Assembly (NCBI GenBank): GCA_051362555.1
Contig: CM120646.1
Coordinates: forward strand, 11,656,001 to 11,720,000
Direction: 5' to 3'
Length of the DNA stretch: 64,000 nt
Source of the DNA: Lingula anatina
Taxonomy: Eukaryota > Animalia > Brachiopoda
Below the pieces are notes generated by a model. The model was not told where the DNA came from, did no database searches, and saw only the letters and a program-made list of their open reading frames with translations. A program made the position numbers and the translations under genes. Shown here in pieces: positions 49,605-63,800 of this stretch. How positions within the stretch are numbered: the first letter of the stretch is position 1; the number at the start of each line of letters is the position of its first letter.

Positions 49605-50173
49605 GAAGATTGCAGTGGATTAAGGGCAAACCACCGTTGAGTCCGCACGTGATAAACAACTGTGCAATTTATCATTTTGTGAGTAGAGGTGTTGTTCCAG
49701 CTAATGATCTCGTATTCAATATCTATTACCAAGTGATATATCTTCAACGCTTTTAAACATTTAATCAATACTGTATGAAGGTCTCGTTCTGTTACTCGAA
49801 ACGTAATTTCATCAGCTGAGTTATGCACTAGGCATGAAATAGTGATTTTTCTTCCATCTCAAGTCAGAATTTAATGTTGTTGTTTACCTCCAACATTTCG
49901 AATATTTAAAGCATTTTCTGTTTAATAAGGCTCTCCATTCATCGCTGATTCAGAATCCTTTTGCCTATGGTTTTAATGCCAAGTGCAACATACGCTCAAT
50001 TGTTATTGTCAAAAAGATATGTTGCTTTTTTTTTTTTGCAACAAATCACTTATATTATTTACACAAGAGTTTAAAGTATAACTATGAAATAAAGCATGTG
50101 AACTTATATTATTTACAAAAGAATTTATACTCTAACTATAAAATGAAGTATGTAAATAAAGTTTATGAAATAA
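46350..50173. repeat. Tandem segmental duplication, unit 2
   Basis: Colinear with 42045-45922. Boundaries approximate. Confidence 0.9.
47058..48146 (-). CDS. Intronless uncharacterised protein, copy 2 (344 aa from MAKD at 48092; 362 aa from the first ATG)
   Basis: Paralog of 42816-43850, with about 30 amino-acid differences by eye and no frameshift. Confidence 0.7.
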   Translation of the reverse strand: MKIKSKIKPVAEHIQLFKMAKDRMADLVRLMEEDTVPIGPSRFHRSVQKEKYQKSCRMNDLLQKISRVWAGTHTLEKLARTAWSCGKSKTAMAGLKLCSKTELFNNASCFIDQAQYVLSILCELGQNHEEDELAVCHIAEKQMVKAHCRALYQRLHQILTNLFSSIGGGEDEGGFEIWTARNFETADPPKAALQEPKLAPGVSGSEDHWKDAPAVLIEPLKNLAFSAFPVLEFSNNITVSSTESPQKSQTSLSCENGRQPSGPWSLHASNLCEDFDKIIVLSAGEKVCTSELYLAAEQQAVLKELFLEVTLYLEQEGPASDVVEHHVAQAPKVPLKRAKPYKGRGIFAMRLRPFCLSTKNNI

Positions 50174-51872
50174 TTGAATTCTGAAGTTAATTTTTCTTTT
50201 TGCTTCTATGTCAAAGTGTCGGTGCTATGTCAAAGTGTCGCAAAACACGTCAAGTTTACGTAAATATTAAAAAAATAAACAGTGTACAAATTTTGTCATT
50301 ACTTTTACTACGCCTTTCACGCGACAAACGAAGCTACTCGAGCTACAGTCCTGCATATACGGTATATTCTAACTGCAGTCTTGGACCCTTTTATACCTCA
50401 TTGCATTTCGTGATCCAAATAATGATTTTCAGAGAGCTATAAGAAGATATGCGTTAAGCACCTCTTGATATTTCATTTGTGTTTTAAGTGTCTCTGTGCA
50501 TGCACTTGAGCTAGGCATAATACTTCGAAACAATGTGATTAAAAAATGTATGTATCATACATGCACAATAAAAAAAAACAAGACCGTCTTTAATTTCAGT
50601 TCGATACTGTAAGCAATCAACGGTTGATTTAGAATATATGGTTCTTTTAGTTATTTTGATATTATCTAATGTTTACTGAATAAGCAAGTTTTTATGAAAA
50701 TGTACATTTGAATTGCAAGCGAATGGCAAATGAAAAGTTTTAAATATACCACAACTGACTCGTGCATTATGAATGTTGCATTGTTTGTTACTACTTGTCT
50801 TCCTCAACAAGGGTCCACTGTTGCTCATCACACTGGCTTACACAGTAGAATGATTAATGCTATATGAAAAGTGGTTAATGGATTTTATTTTCACAAAATT
50901 GTCTACATACGGCAGTTAACGAGAGGGCAAGCAGTGGGATCGACAGACATTGTAGTAGGTCCATAAAAATAGGATCATGGATCTAGCTAGAAACACCTAA
51001 TTCCAGTTTTGACAAAAACAGGATATTACACGGACTGTCGGTATAATTAACCCAATCCGGCCAATTTTCGCTACACGTATAACTATAACGCGATCGTGTT
51101 ACATGTATGTGACGTTTTAGCATATTAACAACTGTGTGTTTTGAAGGAAAATTGCATTGCGTTATTTTGATGCTATACAGTAGATGCCCATTCTTAAAGC
51201 ATGATTTAATGGTTTTAAAAAAGAAATGCTATAGCGTTTTACTCAAACCGCACATGACTAGTATCGATGGAGATTGGTTTTCTCTTGAGGAAGTACTACA
51301 TGACTCCCCCTTCTACTCCCACACGTTTCTACCAAAAATCATAATGGCTTCTTGTACTTTAAATCACCATTTCTCCCCATCTCAGCAACAGGTGTGGGGA
51401 ATGTGAGATTGCAAGCACAGCATAACTAAGAAGCTTTGTAGAACGTTTGACGACCACTTAAAGATGCAAATTTTGCCACATTAGAAAAATATTAAGTCAA
51501 AAGTGCACTTGCAGATTGGGGAAGATCATGCAAAGGGTCTGTTTTAGTTCAAGATACACCATAAAACCATATTGCTACATCTGCATGTACGTCAATTGGC
51601 AAGATACTTGTGCTCGTTTTTTCGTTTTCTCATGTTTTATATACCTAAGGCTGTACCAATGAAATTTTACGGAACAGAAACTTAATAGATGAGTATTAAA
51701 TAACAAAGAGACAGTTAACATGCTTCTCTCTTAATGTATTTTATATTATGTTGACTACTTAATAAGTCACACTAAATAAACCGTCGCTTTTTGAAGCACG
51801 CTTAGCACAATTCGAAATCCTTACTAAATGAAGAAATGTGAACTCAATTAAATTCATTCATTCTTATTTGAC

Positions 51873-51910
<38 letters not shown>

Positions 51911-53383
51911 GATGGATGCAGTATGTCATTTATCTACCCAGAGAGAGTCAGCTGTTATATATATATATATATGCATGTAACTTGGTAGACTTTTTAAAAC
52001 ACGTTGTTATATACCAGGTGATTGAATGTACGCTGACTTCGTGCGACACTGGTAAATTGTTACAATGTAGAGATTATGTCAGTGATTATTTATGTAGTTT
52101 CACAAGTAGGCCATATAGTCTTAAAAAAAAAAGCTTGAACATATAATAAACACATAAATAGGTAGGTAAAAAGACAAACTATTTAATAAATTTCTTAAAT
52201 CGTTTTTCTGTCACACATTGTGTTACCATAAATATAAATGACTTCAATCTGTATTAGATAAGAAAAGAATGTTACTCTTGGTAGCGGGAGCGCGACAAGT
52301 AATGCCAAATGTGCCTGATAAAATTTGAATGTTTTCTCTGTTTGTGAGTTTCTGTGTTACCAACATTTTGATGTGCCACGGATAAGGATCACTGGCTGAT
52401 TAACCCCTCGGTTTAGACAGTTGGGGAATGGTTGCGTAAACCCTTCTGCCTCTCTCTCCCTCTTTCTCTCTCTGCCTCTTTCTCTCTCTCTGTCTCTCTC
52501 TTCCTCCTTCTCTCTCTCTCTCTCTCTCTCAGTCTGACCTTACTGATACAGCTTGGTGCTTCAATCTTACTTCTCTATGTGTTATTGCTACCACGTAAAT
52601 TGCTATAGAACGCTTAGATATCTTTAAACATCGATTTAGAACAAAGAATGGCACATTTTCAAAAGTATTTACTATCGCACAGGTCAAATGAACACATTAT
52701 TTGCCTCATGATTGTAACATACAGACCTAACCTTTTGCAGCACGTTAACGCCCATGTTTTATGTAAGGAAAAAAATAAGGCAATGAGACAAGGAAATGAG
52801 TTAACATTGCGGGCGTGTTTCTAACAATGACCCGCTAAGGTTATGACGCAAATTTACATTTTAAAGCAAATGATGCTCTATTTAAGTTGAAGTTTATCTC
52901 GATGTATACTATGGCAGTTTTTACACAGAGTGGTTTTCCTTGGCAACAAAATTGTACTGGTTGAGAGACGGATTTCATACACAGTAGAAAAAAGTCAACT
53001 TATAGAAAAAAATGACTTCTCTCAACAGCGGAATGCGACCTTGCGTAGTGCTTTTTAAAGAGAGTAAAGTGCCTGTCCAGTGATTACATGTAAGGACCGC
53101 TCAAAGTGTACCGGTACATCCACTAAAAATGCCTGTGTAATACCTATATAATACCCATATAATATCGATATGCCAGCACTGCAACTTGTGTTCAATTAAT
53201 TTGTCCAAACCAAGGCCCCCTTTTTTAACATCGAGCGTTACAGTTACCTGTACTGCACCAGTTTGACTGGTCCAGGGGGGGGGGGGGGGGGGGGGGGGGG
53301 CATGGAGTACTCTCTTTCACGAGCAGCATGTACCAATCAAAATTTATCAGATCAGGTCGTGTCGAGCGCCGGGGCTCCGTTAA

Positions 53384-53707
53384 AGGGATAACAACTCTAC
53401 GTATGAGATTCAAAATTCGACAATAAGTACATTGTAAGCTACACCTAAAATGTAATAAAATTGCATTTTACCGCCAAAACTGTAATTGTAATATCCAGAT
53501 ATTGCGAGGTAGTGGACCGTCACTGATTGCTATATTTTGTAATAATCTCTGAATAGATTATTATTAAAAATATCCTCTTAAAAAATCGATTAATCTTGAA
53601 TTTCAGAACGGATTCATTAACCATTGGCAAGTATGGGAAAGTTGTCATTTACTCCAGGAAAATTCATTTTACGGCACTTTTCCTGTCAAAGTAGAGTTGT
53701 TATCCCG
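53384..53707. mobile_element. Kolobok-like MITE, related to 5764-6100 in opposite orientation
   Basis: TTAA|AGGGATAACAACTCTAC ... GTAGAGTTGTTATCCCG|TTAA. Internal 53610-53670 is the reverse complement of about 5790-5852. Confidence 0.8.
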
Positions 53708-56179
53708 TTAACTGACTACATAACACAATAGTCAGGCTACTAAGCTGCCAATCTTTTGAACTGGAGAGGTGCAGAAAACTGTGTCGCTCGATCTGAAAAA
53801 GGGCTCAAAAATAAAAAATGGGGATTTTCAAAGCCTAAGTACCCTGAGTGTCCGACTTCAACTGCACTGAGCAAACCTCCTGGTTCTGAATCCTTCACTG
53901 CATGATAAACAGGGTGTTTTAAGAATACTTGTGCTTCTTTTCTCCTTCATATAAATTCTCTGCGCAACGGTACCCAACAACCTTATGTCAGCCTGACTGG
54001 TGACTTATACAAAGGAAAGACGTGTACGCGCACGCCGTTTTCTATATTTCTCTTTACCTACATTTGGATTATAATTAGCTTTGGACACGATGGGATGAAA
54101 ATAGGAATATAGTAGATACGAAACATTGTGCTTATGGAGTTCTTCGATAATGAGTTTGAAAAGAAAAAAACTTGACACGGGTATACTTACTGACAGTACA
54201 CTTTTATGAACATATGGGTTGGTTGCTTTTAAATAAATTCACCCATTGGTATGATATACATGTATACTTTGTACTTAGAGCAATCAAAAAGCTGCAAAAC
54301 AAAAGCAAACTTGAAAGCACTTCAAAATGCGCCCCCCCCCCCCCCCCACCGCACCTTTGTTAATAACCCGCCATTATGTAAAAGTCCAATAAATGAAATC
54401 AAGAAAAAAATGTGTGTCAAAAATATATTGCCCTCTTTAATTTTAATGTCCCGTCAAATGTATTGAGGTCGCCAACAAGGAAAGGCTTGTTCCTTTAAGG
54501 CAACCCCCCTGCTCGAACAAAGACACCTCTATCTAATGAATAACGGCAAGGTTAAAACCAGCGCATATACAATAAACCTATTTTAATAGGTAAGCATGCA
54601 ATGCGAGAGAGAAATTAGGTTCAAAGTTTAAGCAAATCCTTGCCCCCCCCCCTTATATTAGTACAGGGATACAGCAGTATACAAAAGCACCATGCGTATG
54701 TTTATTTCTTTATCAATCTGTCCCTCTTGTCGTATAGCCACCTTGCCCTTGTCCCTCATACACCCATTGTTTAATATAATTATGATATGGCTGCATATAC
54801 GTTTTATCACAGTATAGGATACTCTTTTTTTGCATCCACGGGTATTTGTAAATGTGTCACGTGTTGCACAAACCCACCTGTTTGCATATCTAAAACACTT
54901 GGCATATTCAAGTGCTGTAATATTGTTGGATGCGTAGTGAATTGTTTGTCAGGTACTTCGGGTATGTGACAGAGCACAATATAGTCACCACGTGAATCTA
55001 CCAAGGGAATCGCAGTCTCGTACCTGGGGAATAGGGATATTTAGGCATCTAGTGATGTTTTAATAAGAAGCATTAATGAAAGACAGCAATCAATCAAAAT
55101 ATTTACAGTGAGATTATTGTAATTATGAACGTTTTGCGTTGGAAGGGTTAGAATAAATTGATAGCCATCTACATCAGTAAGAAAAAAAACTATTTAAGTA
55201 AATGTTGTCGCTCGAAATATAACATACTGTATATTAAACTCAAAGGATATTTAAAGCATTGACTTGAGAAAGAATTTTTGTCAAGCTAAAATCTCGCTTG
55301 TGTTTTTTTTTCCAAAAATGTGACAAGTGTCATAAGTGGACGGTGGCGGTATGGAAACTATTTTTATTTACGGACTACTCATATTCTCATATACTCATAT
55401 ACTTATACTCGTTGTCATAATCCATTGTCAAATTTGAGTGTCCAAATCCAAAACGGATGAATACCTGCATCAAGGGCAAGGGAAAGCATGCTTATACGCA
55501 TGCGCACACATTCGCACACATTGTTGGTGGTATCCGAGAAAACCACTCTGACGTGGTTTGCATTTTTAAAATAAAAAGCATCTTTGCTCTGCTTGCAACC
55601 GTGTTCGCACGCACGTACAGACATACTTTACAAAAGCTTGGGTCGAAGGTCGGTTGGAGTTTCTGCCACAGAAGTCTTCCAAAAATACTGGGTGTGTTCA
55701 ACCATTGCGTATTGGTAATTTGGCTTATAGTTTCCATGACTGGTTGATTTTAACCCCTGGATGGAACCGTGTTACGCAATAGGGCATGCGTATTCAGTCT
55801 AAGATGAAAGGTAATGAAGATTCTTCGTTTCCAAATGAGGAACAATAACGAATGGGGCACGAGGTCGCCGAATAATAATCCCATTCACAAACCACCGGTG
55901 GGCAAATTAGATCAGTGCACGACAGCAAGCCAAGCGTTAGGCCAAGGGACCATTGTTCTGAACCGTGAAAAGAATTCGGTAAACAGTGTGTCTGCATGCG
56001 AATGAAGGATTTAAATGAATTATAAACCTGTTTGCGTTAGATGTGCACGTACATTGTATACTTAAAAGAATCAATATTTTTTGGGTGGCATTTTGGTATC
56101 GCTTGGTAGTACTATGGTGTCTTTACGTATGCGGCCTCACACCATAAATGCGTGAACGTGTGCAATTACACCATTTGTC

Positions 56180-56340
56180 AGTAATCCGTCCAATATGTCG
56201 TCAAATGTGCCCTAAGCTTACTAATTGTTTGAATCAATTCCATTTTTGATGCCGCGCTTCCTGTACGCCTGCTTTTACGTATGTATGTTAATAAGAAGCA
56301 ACGAATGTGATGGCAAAGTTTGTTATGAATAGACTTTTTG

Positions 56341-56375
<35 letters not shown>

Positions 56376-56790
56376 TATTATTATAATTTTATTTACGACG
56401 CACAAATTTATAATAAAACCCACCCTACCAAGGGTTGTGAGAGGCTAAAACCTGTGAAAGTACATTCATAAAAGTTCTTTAAGATTAATTACCTATCAAT
56501 TAAATACGTAAAAAGGATATTCTGTATAAAACTTTCGTCTGTACTAGATTTACTTCTCCTCCACATCGCTGTGTGTACTATTCTTGCTGTCTTAAATTGC
56601 ATCTGGTCATTTTGCATAAGAAATTTAAACATTTTGTTATAAAGTGTCATAACAATGGCACGTCTATATCGCCTTCCTCTCAACTATCATATTATGTGAT
56701 ATCTTCTACTAATTTTTCACTGTCAGCACTACCCATGCAAGTGTTTCAACTATTTCAACTTGCTAACGCAATTTAGTTATTAGAAAAACA
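56180..56790 (-). pseudogene. Highly degenerate LINE (CR1/L2-like) reverse transcriptase C-terminal remnant
   Basis: Scattered motif traces in the expected order (LN..AWGSA, LYNKMFKFL..D..FKTARIVH, KWN, L..YW). Many disruptions. Confidence 0.3.
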
Positions 56791-57704
56791 AATCACTGAT
56801 TACAACTGTTTTACCTACCATTAGATTTACTTGTTTAGACGTGGTTTAGATCAAATACCTTTAGATTTCCAGTTACAATGGAACCTAATGTTTCTGTAGC
56901 ATTTTACAGACACAATCAAGGAAAAGGCATTCTATATAATGAAATAACGACACAAACGCTTTATGCTTTGGTTAAAACGTTTCAATATTAAAAGCTGAGT
57001 ATATTCATGGAATATATTAATACTCATGAAACTCTTTTAGAACAGTACTTTGTTATATAAAAAAAGAGTTTTTCGAGTATAATGCACTTACACATGTAAG
57101 GATGTGGTAAAATGCAAAGTTGTTAATTTGTTTGCAAGGCATTTTTGTCGTTTTGCACAGACAACGCGTGTGTTCCTCGGCACTAGGGGCAAATTAAGTC
57201 GATTTGTGCCAATTTGAGGGAGATATAAGTTATGTCTAACCACTGCGAAATAGGTTTATGCCATTTTTAAAGATAGGGGCTTCAAGCAACTCCTGACGAT
57301 AAAAATTCCACAATATTTGCAACAACAGCAGTCTGATAAATATAACGCCAGCAATATTCAACTATTTTCAATTAAGAAACATACATCAATAAAGGCATTC
57401 AGAGGAAACGATTCATTAACGCGACTGTTTCTATGTTTAATCAGGAGACCGCATGTTAAATGCACTTAAAGATGGCCTTTGCTTTTGCCAAACACAAAAG
57501 ACTGTTCAAAGATTGACCCCGGCACGTTATAAGCTGTTCTACGGTTGCCGTTATGCAACCGGCACGATGACCCCCAGATAAACCCTCACTTGCAAACAAA
57601 ACGTGAAAAAAGGACAGTATGAGGGGGTTTAGGTAAGAAAATTCGGGTCTCTGGGAGCTCGAGTATCGAAAGACCCCAAGTGTAACCTCGCAAAGGCCTC
57701 GTGG

Positions 57705-57787
57705 TATAAATAGGCAGCTGGGATGGGAAGCTGAGACAGACTCCTGGACCTTCCTTGACATTGGAGCCGTAAGGAAGATCTCTTAAG
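57705..57787 (+). promoter_or_regulatory. TATA box and probable non-coding first exon of the collagen gene
   Basis: TATAAATA at 57705-57712 followed by a GC-richer stretch and donor AAG|GTACGT at 57787. The collagen ATG at 60811 is 5 nt downstream of an acceptor, so an upstream exon is expected. Confidence 0.6.
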
Positions 57788-60700
57788 GTACGTGCCTGCT
57801 TGACCAGTATTGGGGACGCACGCTTGCTGATACCGACTGAGAGAAGGGTGCTTATTTAATGAATGGCATGGTTTATTGGTGGTGTATCACAGGCTGCGCT
57901 TCATTTAAAATTTCTGCTGGTGTATATATGTATTCAAAGGTACCTGGCGTCTGTTTTTAAATATCCAACGGTGGGCCAACTGGGATTTAATGCCCTAAGA
58001 TGGAAGGACAAAAGCACTTTGTAGATTATCCAATCACTTTTCTGCAAATGGTACTCATCGCTGGCACTCTGAAAGTGAAATTGGTAAATGACAAATCTAA
58101 GTAAAAAAGTAAACATTTTTATCTCAAAAATACAATTTTTACCTTTGAAATAGTTCGTTCTTCTTTCACAGACTGGAATATAAAGCTTTTCTTACTGATC
58201 GAACCTGGCTTTTAAAATGCCTAATAAGCAGCTTTAACACGTGCTTATTAGATGTTACCAAGAGAGCGTCATTGCATCCAAAATAACAACCTAGCAATAT
58301 TGCACTTAACTTGCTGAAAATGTACGAATATTTTCTGAACTTTTGAGGAAAGTTTTTCATTATCACGATGAGTATCAGCTTTTCAGCTTCGGGAAATTAC
58401 TAATCAGTTGTTGGTTAAGGGTTACGGGCTCATTCTTCTTCCACGTAACAGTAAGTATCATACATCGGATACCCATTTTGGCTCTAAACTAGGAACCCCA
58501 ATCTTAGGACTATTTAATGTCTCCTGCGATTTTTTTACATAACGTAATCTGGGAAAGACCATAAAACAAATTTAATCATGTCTAAACTATGACTATTTTA
58601 AGTTTGTAAACTAAAACTAGTTAGATATCTCCTTACAGGGAGCAGTAGCTTATCGTAAAATCCCCTAACGGCCTCATGTAATTGACAAGTTGGTAAAGAG
58701 TCATTATTTTCCAATTGAAGGGAAACTTCTTATCCACACGCGATGAACGCTAGACATGCATTTTTAAAATTAGAGTTGCTTGGCATTGGTGCGTTTATCG
58801 TCTGTTTATCACTGATGGTCACAGACGCCTTTTGTCTTATTTAGTAAACGGAGTTAATCATTCAGATCACGCGTGCCACAATCCCTTAGACAAGTTATGT
58901 CATTTTAATGTGCGGTTTACTTCCAAATTGCCTCCTTTAATCAAACGTGACCGACATTGATTAAAAAACTAATGATAAATACATACAGATAATCAATTTG
59001 AATCGAGCGGAAAAATCATCTGCGATAAACGGTTTATCATATAAACATGCAATAAAATTACCACTGAAAATAAGAATCAAATGCCAGTAAATTATTACAA
59101 CCTAATCTCGCATTTTTCTTTCTAAAGCAATTAAGGTCTGTATCCGTATATTTCTCATTTCCAGGATATGTCAGAGATCTTTTAAAATGTTTAGCTTTCT
59201 CTTTTGCTGTCAGTTTGAGAGCACGCAAAATTACAGCTAGTCAGAATCATACAATTCTTTTATTTAAACAAAGGTCTATCCCCCCCCCCTCCTCTTTTTC
59301 GTCATGGGTTGTTTATTGACTTGAGACGGTAATAGACAGGTCAAGTACATAGATTGCAAACAAGCAACTAGTGTCCGCGAGATTTGGTTATGGTACCCTC
59401 ACGTGACAGAAAACCATTAGCGTTCATATAAGGGAGGCTCTGATTGGACACGCCGTTTTTCGTCCCATCAACGCATAATGGAAGCTATTGTTTCACTACC
59501 GCAATAGGCGCGCCGATGACAAATTACATCGACATACCTCCTAAACTGAGCAGACGACAATGGTCTTGTTTTCGAGAAAATAGTTTAACAACAGAATTGA
59601 AGCGTATTTCCGCCTTAGGTCTCCCTGAAAAGACAAAATAACGTACACTTGTTATTTCGACTTAAAACACATAATTTGGAATCTTTACTACTACTACTAT
59701 AGCCTTGATGGTGATCTTATTCGAAATTATGATTACTTTAGGATATCTATTCACTTTAGATGTTTTTAGGTGCCATAATTATCGTAGTGACCGTTTTCAG
59801 ATGCTCGATTTAATGTCTTGATAGTCAGTATCAAAACAAGCGGACTTTAAAACTTCACTTTAACTGAAATGAAGTAGAGAACGCCTCTTACAAGTTTTTT
59901 ACTTCCTAGTTTGGAGAAAGGAATAAATTATTCATTAGCAGTTCAGAAATGTCGGTTGCATCTTTGACACAAATCGTCTAGTAAAAAAAAACGATATACA
60001 TGTACTTTTCCATCGATGTGAAGTTGATTTAATAAACCATAATTTGATTTAATCATTTGCCCCAATCAATCAAACTTGAAATCTGTAAGCAGAAATTATA
60101 GCACCGTCAGGATTTACTTTACAGCATTCTGTCCGATTTTCAGCATGACGTAATAGGGTTCGCAATGTCGTTCCGGCGGCATGATTTGAAGGTCACATTT
60201 GCTAACCTTTCATCTCTGAGCACTCCAGCCACGACACAGTGCATGGTGCTATCAATTAAGGCACAATAGCTATTTGTTCGTGAGCTTTGACATCGCCTTC
60301 TGATCAATGACATGTGTTTATTGTACTTACACTTTATTCTATCTGGTTAAACAATATTCCTTTTATTCTTACTTGCTGATTCAAACCTATCAATCATTTT
60401 GATTGAAATGCCTTGCATTTTAAAAAGCCATTAGACTTGAAATCGTGCAGTGGAAATATATTTCAAATGAATGGCACAATTTCACCTTTATTCTTTTTTA
60501 ACCGGGTAATTGAATTCTTGTAAAACGATGACATGTTTTATATATCATTTACATGAATATATTTAACTTTTCTCTCTTATATAGTTAATACTATGGAGAT
60601 TTTACCATTCAAGAGTTTCCGCTTTTTTCGACACAGACTGCCAAGAATTCCCCTCAAATGAATATGAATATGAATATGATACCTTGGCTTTAATAAATGC

Positions 60701-60810
60701 GTAGTACAAATGTATCAATGAAAATACAATTTCTTAATGTCACCACTTAGTGCAATAGTTTTAATCTCATAATACCCTATTATTTTTAAGTTTTTGCTCT
60801 TTCAGACAAG

Positions 60811-63800
60811 ATGCATTCGTGGCTAATTTTTGCCACTCTTGTGGCTGGCAGTAAGTGTCTTTTTTCTTTTACCGTAATTTACGATTCAAACAAAAAGAGT
60901 GGCGAGGGTTTTGGAAATGTGGAATGACACTGATGGAGGAAAAAGACGACTTAGAAAGAATGCCATGTCAAGTCATGCAACGCTTTTTAAAGCTTAAATA
61001 AAATATATTTATATCATAAAATCTAAAGGCACCAGGTCTATCTTATGAACAAAACATGTTCTTATTGTAAAAAAAGAAAAAAAAAAACACGGCTAGTACC
61101 AAGTATACATAGCATTATGCAAAACGATCTCTGTACAAGTACATTGTTATTGTTATCATTGAGAATAGTGACCTGTATTGCATATACTTACTTTCTTTCA
61201 GGCTATGCCTTAAACCTCGCTTTTTACTCTTGCTCACCCAACCCATGTTTGAACGGTGGTGCTTGTATTAACAGCGGAATTTATGGCTTCACATGTAGAT
61301 GCGCTCCAGGATTCAGCGGCATTGTCTGTCAATTTGGTAAGTACAGGCGGGTCCAGTTGTAGCGGCCATGGAAATGTCCCGGTCAACTCCATACATAATG
61401 TAATGAACTTACAATTAACGATACTAAGTATACAAGATATTCCATGTTTTTTCACCCACGTCTAAGAATTTGATTCAGTGTATTATATTTGTGCTAATCA
61501 AACTTTAATGATTTACTGAAAATTGATCCGAACGATATTTTGATCAACTAAAATATTGGACAATATTCCTTTTTTATCTCTGCAATTTGAGTAGGTCGCA
61601 GCTGTTTTGAACAAAACAGCTTTATTAATCAAACAGCCTCAGTTTTTTTCGACAAGAACTTAATAAACTGACGAAACATGAGTATGGTAATTCGGATGCA
61701 CTTACTCTTTCTTATACGTAATCTGTTTTCATTTTAGATGCTTCTGGTGATCTTGCTTGCTTCACCAGAGCCTGCGCTGGTCCAGCTGGTGCCCCAGGCG
61801 CCCAAGGTCCAGCTGGTGCCCCAGGTGCCAGTTTTGCAGGTATGTTGACAATCTGTAAAAAGGAATCTCAAAATAATTTTATTATTTTTTGTTGACAAGT
61901 TGGTTATCTATCGGAACCAAATTGGGTATTGTTTTACATTCAACGTATATGACCAGCTGGCGATATATGGTTACACATTGCATTTGTGTTCAATAGGAAG
62001 ACCAGGCAAGGATGGTTTACCAGGTGCCCCAGGTAGGGATGGTGCCGCAGGTGCTCCAGGCAAGGATGGCTTCCCTGGCCGCCCAGGCAAGGACGGTTTT
62101 GCCGGTGCCCCAGGCAAGAATGGTAAACCAGGTTTCGACGGTCTTCCAGGAGCCCCAGGCGCCAAGGGAGATACTGGTAAATATATTTTTCATACAGCTT
62201 TATTTGCGCGATAATTTCGGTAGACGTCAATCGAAATCATAGTTCATTTTCTTTCTACTCATTTTAAGGTTTTTATTAATATGTACGAATTGAAAAATGT
62301 TTGTCTTGCTTTTTTACAGGTTTCACCGGTGCTCCAGGCAAAGACGGAAAAGCAGGTTTCAATGGTGCCCCAGGAAAGACCGGTGCCGCTGGTCCAGCTG
62401 GTGCTCCAGGCAAAGATGGCTTCCCAGGTGCCCCAGGCAAGCCAGGCAAAGATGGCTTCCCAGGCTTCCCAGGCAAAGACGGCAAGCCAGGTTTCACCGG
62501 ACGCACAGGCGCTAAAGGCAGCGCTGGCTTCCCAGGTCTTCCAGGCAAGAATGGCGCTGCTGGTGCCGTTGGCGCTGTCGGTCCAGTTGGTGCCCCAGGA
62601 AAGGATGGCAAGAATGGTTTCAATGGTGCTCCAGGCAAAGATGGCCTCTCAGGATTCCAAGGACCAAAAGGTGATACTGGCTTCACAGGTGCTCCAGGTG
62701 CTAATGGCAAGGATGGTCTCAATGGCGCCCCAGGTGCTGATGGTAAACCAGGATTTGCTGGACGCCCAGGCAAAGATGGCAAGCCAGGTGCTGCTGGACG
62801 CCCAGGCAAGGATGGCTTCCCAGGTGCCCCAGGTGCTAAGGGTGACACTGGTTTCACCGGTGCTCCAGGCAGAAACGGTGCCCCAGGTGCCGATGGCAAG
62901 AAGGGTCTTAATGGCGCTCCAGGCAAACCAGGTTTCGCTGGTGCTCCAGGCAAAGATGGAGCTGCTGGCCCAGCTGGCAAGCCAGGTAAGGATGGCCTTA
63001 ACGGCCTTCCAGGCGCTGATGGCAAGCCAGGTTTCAATGGTGCTCCAGGTGCTAAGGGTCCAGCTGGTCCAGCTGGTGCCCCAGGCAAGGATGGTTTCTC
63101 AGGTCGCCCAGGCAAGGATGGCAAGCCAGGTTTCCCAGGCCCAGTAGGTCCAGTTGGCCCAGTTGGCAGAACCGGTGCCACCGGCTTCACCGGTGCTCCA
63201 GGCAAAGACGGCAAGCCAGGCTTCAATGGTGCCCCAGGAGCTCCAGGTGCCAAGGGTAAGGATGGATTCCCAGGTGCCCCAGGCAAAGACGGAAAACCAG
63301 GTTTCAACGGCCTTCCAGGCAAAACCGGCCCAGTTGGCCCAGTCGGTTTCCCAGGAGCTAAAGGAGCTGCTGGTGCCGCAGGCAAGGATGGTTTCCCAGG
63401 TCGCCCAGGCAAGGACGGCAAGCCAGGTTTTGATGGTGCCCCAGGTGCTCCAGGTAAAGATGGTGCTGTTGGTCCAGTCGGTCCAGTCGGCCCAGTTGGT
63501 TTCACAGGCAGAAGCGGAAAGAACGGTCTCGACGGTGCCGCAGGTAAGGCTGGTTTCCCAGGTGCCCCAGGAAGAAAGGGAGCTACTGGTGCCCCAGGCA
63601 GAGATGGTTTCGCAGGTGCCCCAGGCGCCAAGGGTGATAAAGGATTCGACGGCCTTGATGGCCTTAATGGTAAGGATGGTGCCACAGGAAAAGCTGGTCC
63701 AGCCGGCCCAGCCGGTGCCACTGGCAGACACGGCGCCACTGGCGCTACTGGTGCCAGAGGTAAGACCGGTGCCGTCGGTCTCCAAGGTGCTCCAGGTGCC

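Noticed and set aside
50200-56100. Many 60-100 aa ORFs in the intergenic stretch
   Set aside because: No recognisable motifs or consistent splice structure; several are driven by microsatellites or poly-C/G runs.
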